Part shown: positions 48,801-61,693 of the stretch, piece by piece
Layout of the letters: the number at the start of each line of letters is the position of its first letter
How positions within the stretch are numbered: the stretch's first letter is position 1
Assembly: GCA_030704615.1 (NCBI GenBank)
Contig: CM060732.1
Coordinates: 28,210,001-28,274,000 of the forward strand
Source: Takakia lepidozioides
Taxonomy: Eukaryota; Plantae; Bryophyta
Reading direction: 5' to 3'
DNA length: 64,000 bases
Made by a program: the position numbers and the translations under genes
The notes under the pieces: generated by a model
The model's database searches: none
Told to the model about the DNA's origin: nothing
Seen by the model: only the letters and a program-made list of their open reading frames with translations

Positions 48801-49529
48801 GCACGGGTGGTCGATCTTTCTGTGTCCACAGGTTTGTTCTCTCCCTTCCGAATTGATTTTCTTTCACCAGTTTCATCTTCTTAAATCCCCCCCCTCCCAC
48901 CAACCTGTTCATGTCCTCCTGTCTGGTGCATGAGCAACTTACCATGCGTGCAAAGCAGGCGAAATAAGCCTTTTTGGCATGGAGGGTGATTCTAACCTTT
49001 ACAAGATAGTGCTCCTCCCCGCAGGATAGATCCGGAGCAGGATCCGGAGCAGGATAGATCTGCCTACGGAGGATTTACTTTGGGAGCCATATTCAATTTC
49101 TCGGACATCAAATTTATAGTAATAACTTTTTTCGGGCTGTGACTTGCAAGAAAGGCAGCGATGGATCTTCAGGAGATACCCCCATTTGTGGCGAGACTGT
49201 TTTCGACAGCCCCCTTTCCAATTTTCTGCTTCTTGTGTATGCCGAAGCAATGGCACTTCATGCGGCCGAGTCTCTATCCCCTGACTTTTTATTGCCCGGC
49301 CGCAAGTGTAGCCATCGTAGATCCGGAGTGCTTAAATACTTAGACTTAGATACAGAGGACGCGGGGATACATTGTATTGACTCTGAGTCAGACTGAACTT
49401 TGTTCTTTTAATATTATGTTTCATCATCTTCGTAAAACATTGAATCCCCTTACTCCACTGTAGTTGTTCCGACAGAACCAAAAAGAATCAAATAATCCAC
49501 TTTCATTAAAATGGCAATATGTATGAATC

Positions 49530-49880
49530 CATCCCGCATACCCCACTCACTCTTGTCATATCCATTGTGCATTCATCTACTGTGTATTCATGCGTGCTCC
49601 ATTCATGAATGTTTTCCATTATTCAACATCCATAGTACATTCATCCACTGTACTCTGTAATCCACCCCACACACCTACCACACTCATGTTATATACATTG
49701 TGCATTCATCTACAGTGTATTTATGCATCCTCCAGTCATGAATGTTTTCCATTATTCAACATCCATTATACATTCATCCATTTTACTCTTACCCATCCCA
49801 CATTCATCCATCTACTTTCATTTTTCGCACTCATCCCTCTGTTTATCATCCACTCTACATTCATCCATCTTTCATTCATC
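49530..49880. repeat. Degenerate CATTCATC(C/T)A repeats downstream of MTase gene A
   Basis: Many CATTCATCCA/CATTCATCTA units and a duplicated ~135-bp block. Confidence 0.7.
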
Positions 49881-49989
49881 TGTTGTTTTCAGGTGGGAAT
49901 GACCGCGTCCTTTTATTATGTCGTCTAGCTTGTTTCCACGGTAAAGGGTGCTCTTCCGCGGGAATACACTCCACTTCTTCCTTGGCGCA

Positions 49990-50109
49990 TGGTGACGCGG
50001 CCTTCAAGCGCGATGACGTGGAGTGATCCCCATGATGTGGCGTTGGCGCAAGGTGACGTGGCGTGAGCGCAGTTGTGCTCACACGACCAGGCTCACGCTG
50101 AGGCATCCC
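49990..50109 (-). mobile_element. Terminal inverted repeat of the outer (older) MULE that carried gene A
   Basis: The reverse complement of 50109 inward, GGGATGCCTCAGCGTGAGCC...GCTCACGCCACGTCA, closely resembles the inner MULE left TIR GGGATGCTTCCGCATGAG...GCTCACGCCACGTCA. It lies downstream of the MTase exons, as in copy B. Confidence 0.75.
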
Positions 50110-51330
50110 TGCTCAAATCCCCTAAATGAACCCTCCAGATCAGCAGTGAGTCGGAGTATTGAAGGCTTTCCGAGGGTTCACGATGGTCCTCAAATTGAGG
50201 GTGGATCCTCGGTCAGACCCTTCTCCTTTCGGGAAGCGGGCGACACTCTTCTCCTCTCGGGTCCTCCTGGGTGTAAAGTCCAAGATGCAGGTGAAGAACA
50301 GAAATATCCCAGAAACTTTATCGACCTTCCCCAACATTCCTCACCCTCCCCGTTCAGTACGCAGGGTCTGGTTTATCCAACCCCCAGGGCAACCGTCGGG
50401 GACTCGGCTACGGCTCCACTGCACCTTGTTCCGTCTCTTCCTTGCATATCTCCCCAGCACGAGGGTTGGACAGCCCAAATTCGCAGGAGTTAGGTGACTT
50501 AAATTCATTTCTCGTTCCTTGCTCATTCTCCTAGTTTCACTTAGTTTGGGGTCTGATATTCATCTGTTGCTCTAGGTCAGAAAATCTGCAGATTATGACC
50601 TTCATGTCAAACGACGTCTGCATTGGAATGCAGTTCCGAGGTAAATTATTCTTTTGTTGACTTTTAACTCCATCCAGGATGTTAAGTGCTCAAGGGATAA
50701 TTTTCTGTGCTTGCCTGTTGTTGCCCCTCTACTCCCCCTGTCGTTCAATGGCAAAACATCTCCAACATCGACACAGCCTGACCCTGAACTGGTGGCATAA
50801 TGTTCTGCACCAAAGAGGTGAAAAAAAACCCCCGAGCCATTTCCTTCCTTTGCAGGAAATCTTTCCAACGGACAAAAGGCTGACGAGAAAAAAAAAAACG
50901 GACTCCAAACACATGAGGACTCCCTCGGATGTTGTGGCGCCTCGTCAATCCAAGCCCACGAGAATCCACCGTTCCTCTACGAAACCTTCAATGGTAAATT
51001 TCAAAACCATTTCTCCACTTTCGTTTGCAGTTTGTTTTGCGGTCCCAAACTAACTCCGTAATTTTTATACAATCGAATAAGGAGCCGCAGAACTTCTTGA
51101 ATGCGCCTCCCGACAAGGTGCGTCCACTAACCTCCACTTGACAGCCGATGTTCATCTTTTCATGATCTCTAACTCTTCGATATATCGTCTACTCTTGGTC
51201 CTTTACAGTATTCCATTGTCGGGACACTAATGTCTCGGCAAACGTAGATGTCACTCTGAAACTAAGAAACACTACATCGTGTTGTTTCTGACGGCGGGAA
51301 CACTTGAATTTATTTCCTTAAATTGCGCAG

Positions 51331-52481
51331 GATGGCATCGTCCATCAACCTTCATCTGCCACATCGGGGAAGAGGAAACGGATGTTGTTAATATTGAGTG
51401 TCAACAGACTCCTCTGCTATCGGCTACCTCCAACCGGCGGTGAATTGTTTAAGGAGAGATTTCGTTTCAAGAAAGTTACAGTTCATGTTCTTGATAGACC
51501 TTTTGTGGTTCCCCGGCCCCGAGTCTTGGAGTTTCTCAACCTTGCGTTGATGCATTTTCATGTGGCGATTTGGTCATGTGCTGACAGAGATGTTCTTTAT
51601 AGGATGCTCGAGTGCTTAGATCCCACGAAAATTGCGAAGAAGTTTTGCTTCATCTGGTCAGCTGAGGATTTCAAAGACACTACCAATTACATCATGCCTG
51701 GGATGAAATATCTCGTTAAGGATATTCGCACTATTTTTGCCAAGTACCCTGGTACACCCTTTGCAATGCAGGGACAAATACTCCTTGTCGATGATGAGCC
51801 ATCAAATGGCCTCCGAAACCCACCAAATACTGGATTCTTCCATATTTCATACAAGCCATCACCAAAAGGCTTGATTGACCAGGATGATATGACAAAAGTT
51901 GTGTGGCCATATATATTGAAAATGGCTGCAACTTCAACAGTCGTAGATTACATCAGCGATAACCCTGCCAAGTGTTCTCGTAAGCCTATTGGTCGCGACC
52001 ACGCCTATTGGGCTTGGTATGAAAGATATGTTGATCCTCGTGCTTGGATCCCACAACAAAAAGAACCTGATTATCTTGGTATGTACTTATCCCACTATTT
52101 GTTGCTTATGGAGAATTTGATCTTAAAAGTGTCTTCCACTTGCACTTTTACCTTATCATTTTTTCTACAAATGTTCCACATTTCAGCTGACATTTGTCAT
52201 ATGAAAAATTGTTTTGCCCAGTCACATTTAAGGAGCGAATTCGAAAAGAAGAAGAAGAGCTTCGTGATTGGCAAGAATGGCGGGCTTCCCGGCAGGCTTC
52301 AAGGGCATCAAGAGATTCAACAAGTAGAGTTCCAAGTAACATTTCGGATTATAATGTTACTACTAGGTTTGAGTTCTCCGAAAGTATTTCCGTTTCCTCT
52401 GGTGCGGAGACCGTTGCAAATGGTTCTGGTGATCGGAGGCGTCTTCGAACACATGCCTTGACTGCGAGCCGTTTGGGATGA
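51331..52481 (+). CDS. FCP1/NIF-like HAD-fold protein with degenerate catalytic motif
   Basis: LILSVNRLL (DxDxT position), VPRPRVLEFL, VAIWS, LVKDI, ILLVDDEP..GLRNP.N. Exons 51331-52078 and 52222-52481 join in frame. Upstream exons are not resolved. Confidence 0.75.
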
Positions 52482-52999
52482 GGCTTTGTAATATTAATGG
52501 GTTAGTGTAAGCCGTTGTATGGCTTCGAGCCACTGGATAACATTAAGTCCAACGGATGTACAGTTGACGTTACATTATGTCTGATTGCAACGCCAAATTT
52601 GCAATCTCTAATAAATATGAATGTTTATCATCAATGTATGCGGACTCATTCTTTCATGTCATCCTCTTCATCACATGCCATGATTGTTCTATGTTTGGTT
52701 TTGTATGTCATTTGATATGGGAACCATTTTGTGCAAATTTTTTTACATATCTGACTTCACATCATGATGTAATTTATTGCATCCTCCTATTTTTTTCGTG
52801 AACGTCAACTTGGCAATGGATGTTCTTCTAAAACCACAATACATACTTATATTGTCTCCAAAAAATGTTTGGAGGATTATTGTTCATGGTTATATTATGC
52901 ATAAAATAGCCAAATAATCATATATATCACTTTATTTCAGTAATAAATTTTGTTTATTCATATTCTCATATTATTTCTGGACCAAACAAAAGTCCATAA

Positions 53000-55680
53000 T
53001 TAGTTAAAATAGTGTTGCATGTTCAAGAGCAAAACGGAAATCTGGGAAGAGAAGTCCAATGACCAGTCAGCATAAAATCTCTTAACATGAGCCCAAACGA
53101 ATGAGGCCAGAGGGCATTGGACCAAGCAATGCTCAATGGACTCTGGACCACACAAGTTACAGATGGAGCAGGGGAGCTGAGGATCCGAAATGTAAGCGAA
53201 TACTGGCAAAATACGATTGATTATCTTCCATAGAAATCCACATATTTTTGCTGCCCTTTGTTTTCTCCAGACATCCTTCCAAACCAATTGCCAATTCACT
53301 GGGGGCAATGGAAGATGCTCCCATTTACAATTCCATTTGTGAGAGAAGAGAGCCGAGGGTCTCAGCAAATTGTAACCAAGCTTGACCGAATAGCTAAAGA
53401 AGGGTTTGTGAGGGCTTGACATCTAGTTCCACTCTGCAGGGTCAAACTGAAGTTGTGTGACCGGTGCATTGAGGAACCAATAGAAACATCCACTGTAGTG
53501 TTTGATGTTGACCGGCGGCGAAGGGTTGCATTCTCCTGAGATCCTGCAGAACACTCTAATCGCAATGAGACCTTCTTTTTGAAGATATTTGAACGATGGC
53601 TGATACAAGCCCCCAACCCTATCAGCCAGAAACTGCCAGCCAGCCAGAGTGTTGCCATGGCGAGATATGGCGTAGAGGGCCACCTGCACAGACCCGGGGG
53701 CACCTTTTCCAAGCCAAGCTGGAAGCAGCCTTGGTGTCGCTTGCACCGAGGGAAATGAAGTCCAAAGCTGGGGTATCTCTGTTACCAGTGAATCCCAAGC
53801 TCCTGCCCTTCTGGAAGTGAGATGGGAGGTGACCAAGTCTTTGGGGAGGAATCTGGGAGGATCCCAGATATGACAAAAATGCGAAATTCCAGCCTTCTCC
53901 CAATGAGCCCATTTTTTAGCACCCGATAATAGCACCTCAGAATCGGAGTTGTAGTTCGCAAATAGAGGTTGTCGCAAGGCCTCTTCCAATGTGGATGACA
54001 TGGTTTGATAGAGCGAGTTTCTTATTTGAATCCATGCAGCCCATATAGATTGCCATGCTTTGGAGCCCAAGGGATGTGTTTTGAATGAACTTTTACCTTG
54101 CACGATCCAACGAAGGGATTTAGACCAGTCTCCAGATGTGGGAGCTGCATCCATAACATGATGACAGACCAGCAGACTCCATGGAGCTTAAAGATTTGTG
54201 AAAATCCTGGGAACCCATTTTGCGAGAAGGGAGGTAATCTGAGTAGAGGGTCTATGATACCTAGTCCTCCCGACTTTTTCTTTTGGGTGATTTGAGCCCA
54301 GCTGACCATAGCTCTGCGATTTGGAGAGGAGGCAGTTCCACCCCAGAGGAAGTTTCTAACCAAGATTTTAATCTGGTTTATAATTTCGGAGCCTGGAGAC
54401 CGGACTGTAGCAGAGAACCACGAGGATGCGAGAATCACATGGTTAGCCATGAGAGCTCGCCTTGTAATTGAGAACCCAAGAGAACTCCAATAGACAAAAT
54501 GCTTCCTGATGATCTTCATGACTGCTTCACAACGTTGAGAGTCTGTCAGATCGTGACCTATGAGGTGCCCGAGCAGCTTGTGGGCTTGCCCGTTCTGAAG
54601 CCAACGCAAGCCAAGATCATGGCCCCAAGCGGCTGCATGGTTGTTTATCGAGTCTGGACGCTGTTTAGAGAGGATCCCTACTGACTTAGGCCAATTGACC
54701 TTGAGACCCGACGCCGTACAAAATTGATGAAGAGCCTGCAGCGCGGCCGTTATATTCGATGTCATAGCGTTGTTCAACAACATGACTGTATCATCAGCGT
54801 ATAACGATGTTTTGATCGATGTAGGAGCAGGCAAGGATCGGGGGATCTGCAGGCCCTGTATGTGCGATCTTGAGTCTAGGAGATGTCCAAGACAATCTGC
54901 CGCAAACAAGAAAAGAAAGGGGGCCAACGGGCAACCTTGTCGAACAAAACGATGTAATTGAAAGGCGGAGGAGATGACACCATTCACCAGGACTTTACTG
55001 GAAGCGGAAGAGAGCAGGATCTTGACCCATTGAAGAAAGCTCCTTGAAAATCCTAGCTTTTGCATAGCACCCAAGAGAAAGTCCCAATCCACATTATCGA
55101 ACGTCTTCTCGAAGTCCAACAAAAGCAGGGCCAAAGGTTGATCCGATTCATAAGCAAGATGCAAGGCTTCAAGGGCCAAGAGGATATTATCCAAGATCAT
55201 CCTCTTGCTCATGAAACCAATCTGATCAGGCCGCACTAGCTTATGAAGGAAGGGCTGCAATCTCAATGCCAGAGCTTAGCAATAATTTTATAAGTTGAAT
55301 TAAGCAAGGTGATGGGTCTATAATTGGAAATAATATCTCTGTCGCCCTTCGTGAAAATCAAGGTAATGACTCCTTGAGAAAGTTGGGATGGCATAATGCC
55401 CTTTCGAATGATGTCGTTTGCCATGAGAAGAAAATCATCTCCCAAATTGCTCCAAAGGGCTTTGAAAAACTCCACAGGGAGTCCATCGAGGCCCGGGGAT
55501 TTTAGAGAGGGCAGGGCTTCCATGGCATCACGCAATTGGGATAAAATTCTGGGAACACAGTCCAGGACTCTATGTCTCGAGTCTACAATGTCCACAGAAA
55601 TTATGGGGTGAGTAACAAGATTGGAGAAATAGGATGCTGCCACAGAAGCCTTGGGGCTAGAGTGGATGTTTTTGAAAAAA
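53000..55680 (-). mobile_element. 5'-truncated L1/Tx1-like LINE (RT + zf-RVT)
   Basis: KSPGLDGLPVEFF, NYRPITLLN, LDFEKTFD, VRQGCPLAP, LYADD, GGLGI, CSIC..ESIEHCLVQC. Contains frameshifts. Confidence 0.92.
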
Positions 55681-55985
55681 TTAAACTATGGCACTGGGCG
55701 TTGAAGGCGTAATATCCGCCCAACACTGGATATTAAGTTACTTACACTTCATTCAGTGTGGTGGGCCACTGGGCCCGCTAGGACGGCTTGGTCCTCTACG
55801 CCACACACACAATTTCAAAGCCTGCGTCACACCAACACGTCAATGTGGCTAGTCACTGCTGCCACCTTTCGGTATCTATCACGTCTAATTCGAACGCCAC
55901 CATCTCTGTGTAGTCAGTGCGCTCTGCAACTCATCAGAGACCAGCATGGCTGCAGTTGGGAGGAGGGAACCGAGCTGAAAGAGAG

Positions 55986-58900
55986 ATGGGGAAGCCCAGC
56001 GTTGCTGAGGCGGGGATTAGGCCCGTGGTGTTTGCGTTGAGTGGACAGCGTGTGGAGTTGGCCAACGTGGATCCTGCCACCACGCTTCTCTACTACAGTC
56101 GCAGGCACACACCCCTCCGCGGCACCAAGCGCGGATGTGGGGAAGGTGAAGATGCATCTTTGCTCCCTGTTTTCATGTTGTTTAACTGTTCGAGGTCAAA
56201 TCACACTGTGCCTAGTAAATTCTCAGTTGAGCGTCTTGTCAAATAACTGCGTGTCTCTGTGAACGATGGGCAGCTCTAAGTGACAGTCTGAAATGAACAA
56301 ATTCTACGATTTCCTGCATGTTCTTATCGCTCAATTTGCGGATTTGACGCTGTAGATTGAAATCACGGACCCACGTCGGCGAACCTTCGAATAGCACAGC
56401 CTTTTCATGCTGTTGTTAACTGTTCGAGGTCAAATCACTCTGTGCCTAGTAAATTGTCACTTGAGCGTCTTGAATAAGTACTGCGTGTCTCTCTGAAGGA
56501 TGGGCAGCTCTGAAGTGACAGTCTGAAATATACGATTTCCTGCATGTTCTTATTGCTAAATTTGCGGATGAAGCTGTAGGTTGAAACCACTGACCCACAT
56601 CGGCGAACCTTCGAATAGCACAGCCTTTTCATGCTGTCGTTAACTGTTCGAGGATGGATCACACTGTGCCTAGTAAATTGTCACTTGAGCGTCTTGAATA
56701 ACTGCGTGTCTCTGGTCTAAATTTGCGGATTTGAAGCTGTAGGTTGATATCACGGACACACATCGGCGAACCTTTGAATAGCACAGCCAAAAAGCACTAG
56801 ATTTTGGAACTCCCAGTGCATGCTCTGTGGGGTACACGCCAATTGCGGACTCTGGGTGAACTGTACTTCGTTCAAAACCTTAGCTGAAGTGTGAATTCAA
56901 TACAACAGTGAGACCCGGAATAGCATAGGATTTGTTACAGAAACCTGTACCCTTGCTTTGCGAGCTTTTCTCAGTGGGCCGCAAATCAGCTGTATCTCCG
57001 TTATTTATACCATTAGAGATGCAGCTAGAATTCTTCGCTTGTTGGTTCCTCAGGCATCCATCCATAGATGGCCATGGTCATTCCTGGGGTGCAGAATCCA
57101 CATTGGGAAGCATGAAAACCGGAGAGCTGTTTATAAATAGCATGATGTCCATCGCGTAAGCTCCCAAGCCTTCAGTCGTTGTGATTGTACAGCCATCAAT
57201 GGAGCAAAGGAGAGTGAGGCAAGAGTTGATAGTGAGCTCTTCCACTTGCTTGGTGCTTGAATTGTACCTGGAGAGAAGAACGACACAAGCGCCGCAGCCA
57301 CCTGCAGGTGCGAACCCATAAAGGATACATGGAATCACAGATCACATAAATTACACTCTGATTATATCATTGAAGGGGCGTGAGATTGAGACGAGAAAGC
57401 TGTTTCTGGCAATCTGTGTCGCTGCACCGGGTACAGACCCATTCTCGATGCTTGCAAGAGTTTTGCTTGTGATGTGGATCTGGAAGATCTGGGGCTAAAT
57501 TCCTTTCAGGCAAATAACCTGTCGGGAGGCCCAGGTCAGCTTCCGCAGTACGATCCATCAGCGGACCCCATATTTCCAAAGTTTCTCCTTGAAGAGTTAG
57601 AGGCAAAGGCGATACCCAGGAAACAAGACAACGAACCTCACGATCATTCACTGCAGTTGCGATTCCGACATGTTGACACAAGCCCAGACGAAGGGGAACA
57701 GGACCGTTTGTGGGTCAGCCCCAGAAATCTGGCAGAAGTTTTCTCTTCCTTGAAATTGTACCAGGGTAAACGTAATGTGAGACTTGTTGTGGGGAACACC
57801 AGCTCTGGATCTTCAAAGACATAAAACCTGAAGTCTTCATTGACATAAGCAAGGTATACGTTGCACTCAGCCAATTCTGGCCTTAGACTAGCAAGTGTTT
57901 CGAGGAATTGTGTTCATGAAAGGCAAAGGCCTGGTTGTTGATTAGATGGTGGAGGGGGTATATATGAGTCAGAATGCCTCCAGAGATATGGTATTTTGGG
58001 GAGCACCCCTTCCTCTTCTGGAATCAGGGTGTCATTAAGAGATTCTTTGAAAGTAGCGGCTTCTTCCTCCACACATGTAGAGGGACTAAATGATGCAAAC
58101 ATCGTCCTCTTGTGTGTACAGGTACCTGAGCTGCTTTCTGTTCATCAAGATTCTCATGGAATTGAAGTGGGTCCAGCTGTAAGCATTGCCAAACTCATTG
58201 ACCTTTTGGAAGACTTTGCACCCCTCAGCCCCATCTCCGGCGTAAATCATACACAGGAAAATGATAAAGCAAATGGAGGCACCCTGTCTTATTGGGAGAA
58301 TGCGAGCAACCCATACGTCTTGCTCTGGCAACTCACCTCAAGCAATTGGCCACAGGACATGTGCGCAACTGGGGGAGCGTGGGGGGTAATTTGGTGATGG
58401 CCCAGCAGTACTCTTTTGATTCAGATCTAGCCACCATGGGTCTGTAAAGGCAGACAAGCTACCTACCGAATACCTTGCCAAGATTTTGAGGCCTCCCAGG
58501 GCAACAGTGGCGTCCTCTACCTCCAGAATCTCTAATACGCGAGTTACTTCTCCTATCAATGATGGTAAGGAAGCAAATAGATCAATTGACGTCGTTGGAA
58601 AATTTGAAACAATAAAAATTTAAGCGCATCTCAACTCAAAGCCGTCTAGGCACAAGTTTAGTTGGTTGTCCATTGTGGCTTATGCTCTCCCTTCCAATGT
58701 TGGCCTTGTCCCCCAATTATCTTATTTCTCCCTTCTTCAACAATCTGGACTACCTTGTGCATTGACCCTCTCTCCTTTCGTCAGCACTCTGCTCTTTGCT
58801 CAACTTCCTTGTTAGCTCTGTTCGTTCTTGTGGTCACTCCTGGGTCAAGTGTGGCCAGGAGATAGGGTAACCACTCTTCTGTGCACCTTGTGACTTTGCG

Positions 58901-61693
58901 AAGTTAGCTTGCCTTTCACTATTATCAGAAGGGAAAAAACATGTAAATTTGTTGCAGCAAGGAAACTTTCACCCCCACTGTTCTGCAGTACTCGAGTTAC
59001 TGTACCCCAGTGTGAAGACAACCTGTTCGACTATGACGTTGTACTGGCTTTGCTAGTGACATTCCCCCTGGGGGAAAGAATGTAGGAGTTTCACATGTCT
59101 ATTTCACGGAGACCCTCTTTGCTACAGACCTTGTGGAGTGTGTGGGTCAACTTTTGGGAGTTGTGGTACTTTCCACTAACCTGAAGTACAGGTTTGCTAT
59201 ACTTTTGGAGGGTGGCCAGGAGGAAGAGAGGTGCTAGAGCTGTGTGGGGGAGATTGCTTCACTTCAAAGTTTGCCTTTTAACAGTTTTGGCAGAACTGTC
59301 CTCAGTATAAGAAAGCATAGAATGAAGCTAGTAGCACGTGGCCCCACCTTAAGCAGACATGCTGGTTGATGTCAAATCAATATAGCAGATTTGTCTGGAG
59401 AGTGGACTCTCACATCACCCACTCTCACACTCACTTCGGGAAAAGAACAGGAAAATTCAGGACTGGAAATAATGTTGACAAAATTATGTTTTCCCCCTCA
59501 ATAGTGGGATACGGCGCGTTTGTCTTGACAGGTTGTAGATACATATGACCATGCTAGAACTGCTGCAGCCAAAGTCAGCATAGACTACGATACACATAGT
59601 GTTGGACCTGCTGTCCTCTCTGTGGAGGATGCGGTCTCTCAAAAATCCTTATTTGATCCCCACTGCTTAACAGCCCATGCGCTGCACCCTGTAGGAGATG
59701 TCGCAAAGGGCCTTGCAGAGGCGGACTTCAAGATTGAAAGGGCTGAGGTAAGTATTTTTCAAGCCATCATCACTCTCTCTTGCATGGCTAGGTGAGCAGT
59801 TTAGGAATCCCCCTTATGTTTTTAAGTATGTGTCAAGGAATGAACACTCAACCATCTGTAACAAGATGGTCGTTGGCTCTGCACTACTTGGAATTTGGGG
59901 TGCTCCAGGCTCATGGTGAAACCCCATGGAAGGTATGTTCCCCTGGGTGGTGTACTGCTCTACCCAGGGCCCTGAGGTTGTGCAAGGGACCATAGCTGCC
60001 TGCCTAGAACTTCCTTTGCACAATGTGCGTGTCATTACTCGCCGGCTTGGTGGGGCATTCGGAGGCAAAGGATTTCGGAACATTTCTGTGAGAGCCGTTA
60101 ACTTGCTTTTGAATTAGATCTGTCATGTGTCCCCTCTTTAACCCCCCATTCAAATTTCCATCCAAATTGTGAACGGGGTTCTCGGTCCGAATTACAGGGC
60201 CTTGGAAGATAGTCAATCAGTACCCGTCTCTAAGGTCCTTTGGCCTCCCAGTGGAAAGTGCTTTGTTGCAAAAACAACAAAACTGTAGTACTATCTGGAT
60301 ACATTCTCGAGCGGTCCTCCATGCCGATAGAATCTTGCGGCCGGATTTCCTGTCTGCAGCTCTATCTCCCTCTTTTCCAAGCGCATTGTGGAGTTTTAAG
60401 GTGGGCTCCCACAGTTTGTGGAAAGAGAGATCCGTGCGAGATTCAACTGTTTATTCCGGGATACCTAATCTCTCATAGAGGTCTTCCCTTATCAGGATCA
60501 GAAATGCTTTGCAGCTTACCCACTTGAAGCATTGACTCTTTGGCAATCCCTGGAGCTTTAGTTGCTTTTGGGCTGTTTTTGTCCCCTCTCTCTTTCTGGG
60601 CTCTTTGAGCATGAACATAATAATGAAATAAATCATGTATGCACCCACCCCTTTCTACACGACTACATGTGTCGGAATACGCTGGGGTGCTATGGGTTTC
60701 TTCTTATTCTACTTCATCCCATGGCACTAGGGGATCTTATCCTCTCTCAGAGTGTGCTACAACTAACATCAAGTGTTTTGAATGCAAGCTCCCACTCCTC
60801 GTTGAATGCTTTTCTCTCCCATGTTCCCTCCACCATAACCCTCCATATAAATCTGTGCTGGTATTTTATGACCATACTTCCAGTTTCTTAAAATGTGTTA
60901 TGACTGAAAAGTCTTTGTGCCTTTCCTCCCTGTTCTCCAGATTACAGTGGCATGCGCAGTCGCTGCCTACAAGTTGAATAGGCCTGTGAGGTTCTCACTC
61001 GACCGGAACACGGACATGATTTTGATTGGCGGACGAAGCCCTACAAAAACCACCTTTACTGTGGGATTCACGGCAGATGGGAAAGTTACAGCCCTCAAGC
61101 TTATGTTTTGATTGAGGCAGGTTGGTCTCCAGATGTGAGCATCATAATACCTCGTAGTATTTCGAGTGCCATGAAGAAATACAATTGGGGGGCCTCGGAT
61201 GTCGCTATCCAAGTGTGTAAAACTAATTCGGCCCCCAAGACTGCCATGCGAGCTCCTGGTGATGTGCACGGGTCCTTCATTGCAGATGCAATAATTGAGC
61301 ATGTGGCAGCAGCACTGGGCATGGATGCACATAAGCGGGAGAAAAACTTTCATGATACTTCCAAGTATTGAAAAGTTCTGTGGGGCTGACAAAGTAGGCG
61401 GTGCTGAAGGCTACACTTTAGCCCTGATGTGGGAGAAGCTCAAGGCTTCTGCCAACTGGGAATTCAAAGAGCAAGAAGTGCAGGCGTTCAACTCTCAATC
61501 AAAATGGGCCAAGCGTGGACTGGCTATGATCCCATGCGTCTACGAACTCCGTGCTTATCCCTGTGTTGCGACAGTAAGCATTTTCCAGGATGACTCCATT
61601 GTAGCAGAGGTGGGGGGAGTGGAAATGGGGCAAGGGCTCTACATGAAAGTGAAACAGACCATAGCCTTTGGTCTCAGTAAACTATGGCCACAG
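55986..61693 (+). pseudogene. AAO: Aldehyde oxidase (AAO-like molybdo-flavoenzyme), disrupted
   Basis: Exon 1 55986-56145 (VVFALSGQRVE...GTKRGCGEG). [2Fe-2S] GGCGAC...QCGFCTPG lies on the minus strand; SGNLCRCTGYRPI at 57405. FAD region VVGNT and RNWGSVGGNL. Moco region STQGP...RRLGGAFGGK, AMRAPG, GGVEMGQGL. Inversion, frameshifts, missing middle exons, and no 3' exons seen. Confidence 0.88.
56170..56790 (+). repeat. ~230-bp tandem triplication in AAO intron 1
   Basis: TTTCATG..GTTAACTGTTCGAGG..ATCACACTGTGCCTAGTAAATT...CGGCGAACCTTCGAATAGCACAGCC recurs at ~56171, ~56403 and ~56627. Confidence 0.85.

Larger units (their letters stand above)
28375..49100 (+). pseudogene. ParB/Srx-like + beta-class amino-methyltransferase fusion gene, copy A (split by the MULE at 29391-46242)
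   Basis: Exons 28375-28678 (FYVWDGNHRLLAW...AMHDVNK), 28775-28967 and ~29050-29389. Reading resumes in frame at 46252 (KDLNQ|FPKST...WLHKATFWRQ), then 47184-47889, 48003-48341 (ADMVILDIPDG), 48536-48831 (PWRGAKEKNP...VVDLSVSTG) and ~48932-49000 (ATYHACK...LFGMEGD). Contains several in-frame stops. Confidence 0.8.

Noticed and set aside
28375-49100. Bacterial or phage contamination explaining ParB and the beta-class MTase
   Set aside because: Both copies have GT-AG introns at shared positions and lie inside eukaryotic MULE termini.
55986-61693. Xanthine dehydrogenase call
   Set aside because: GGAFGGKG lacks the XDH Glu (GGGFGGKE) and AMRAPG matches plant aldehyde oxidases rather than XDH AFRGFG.
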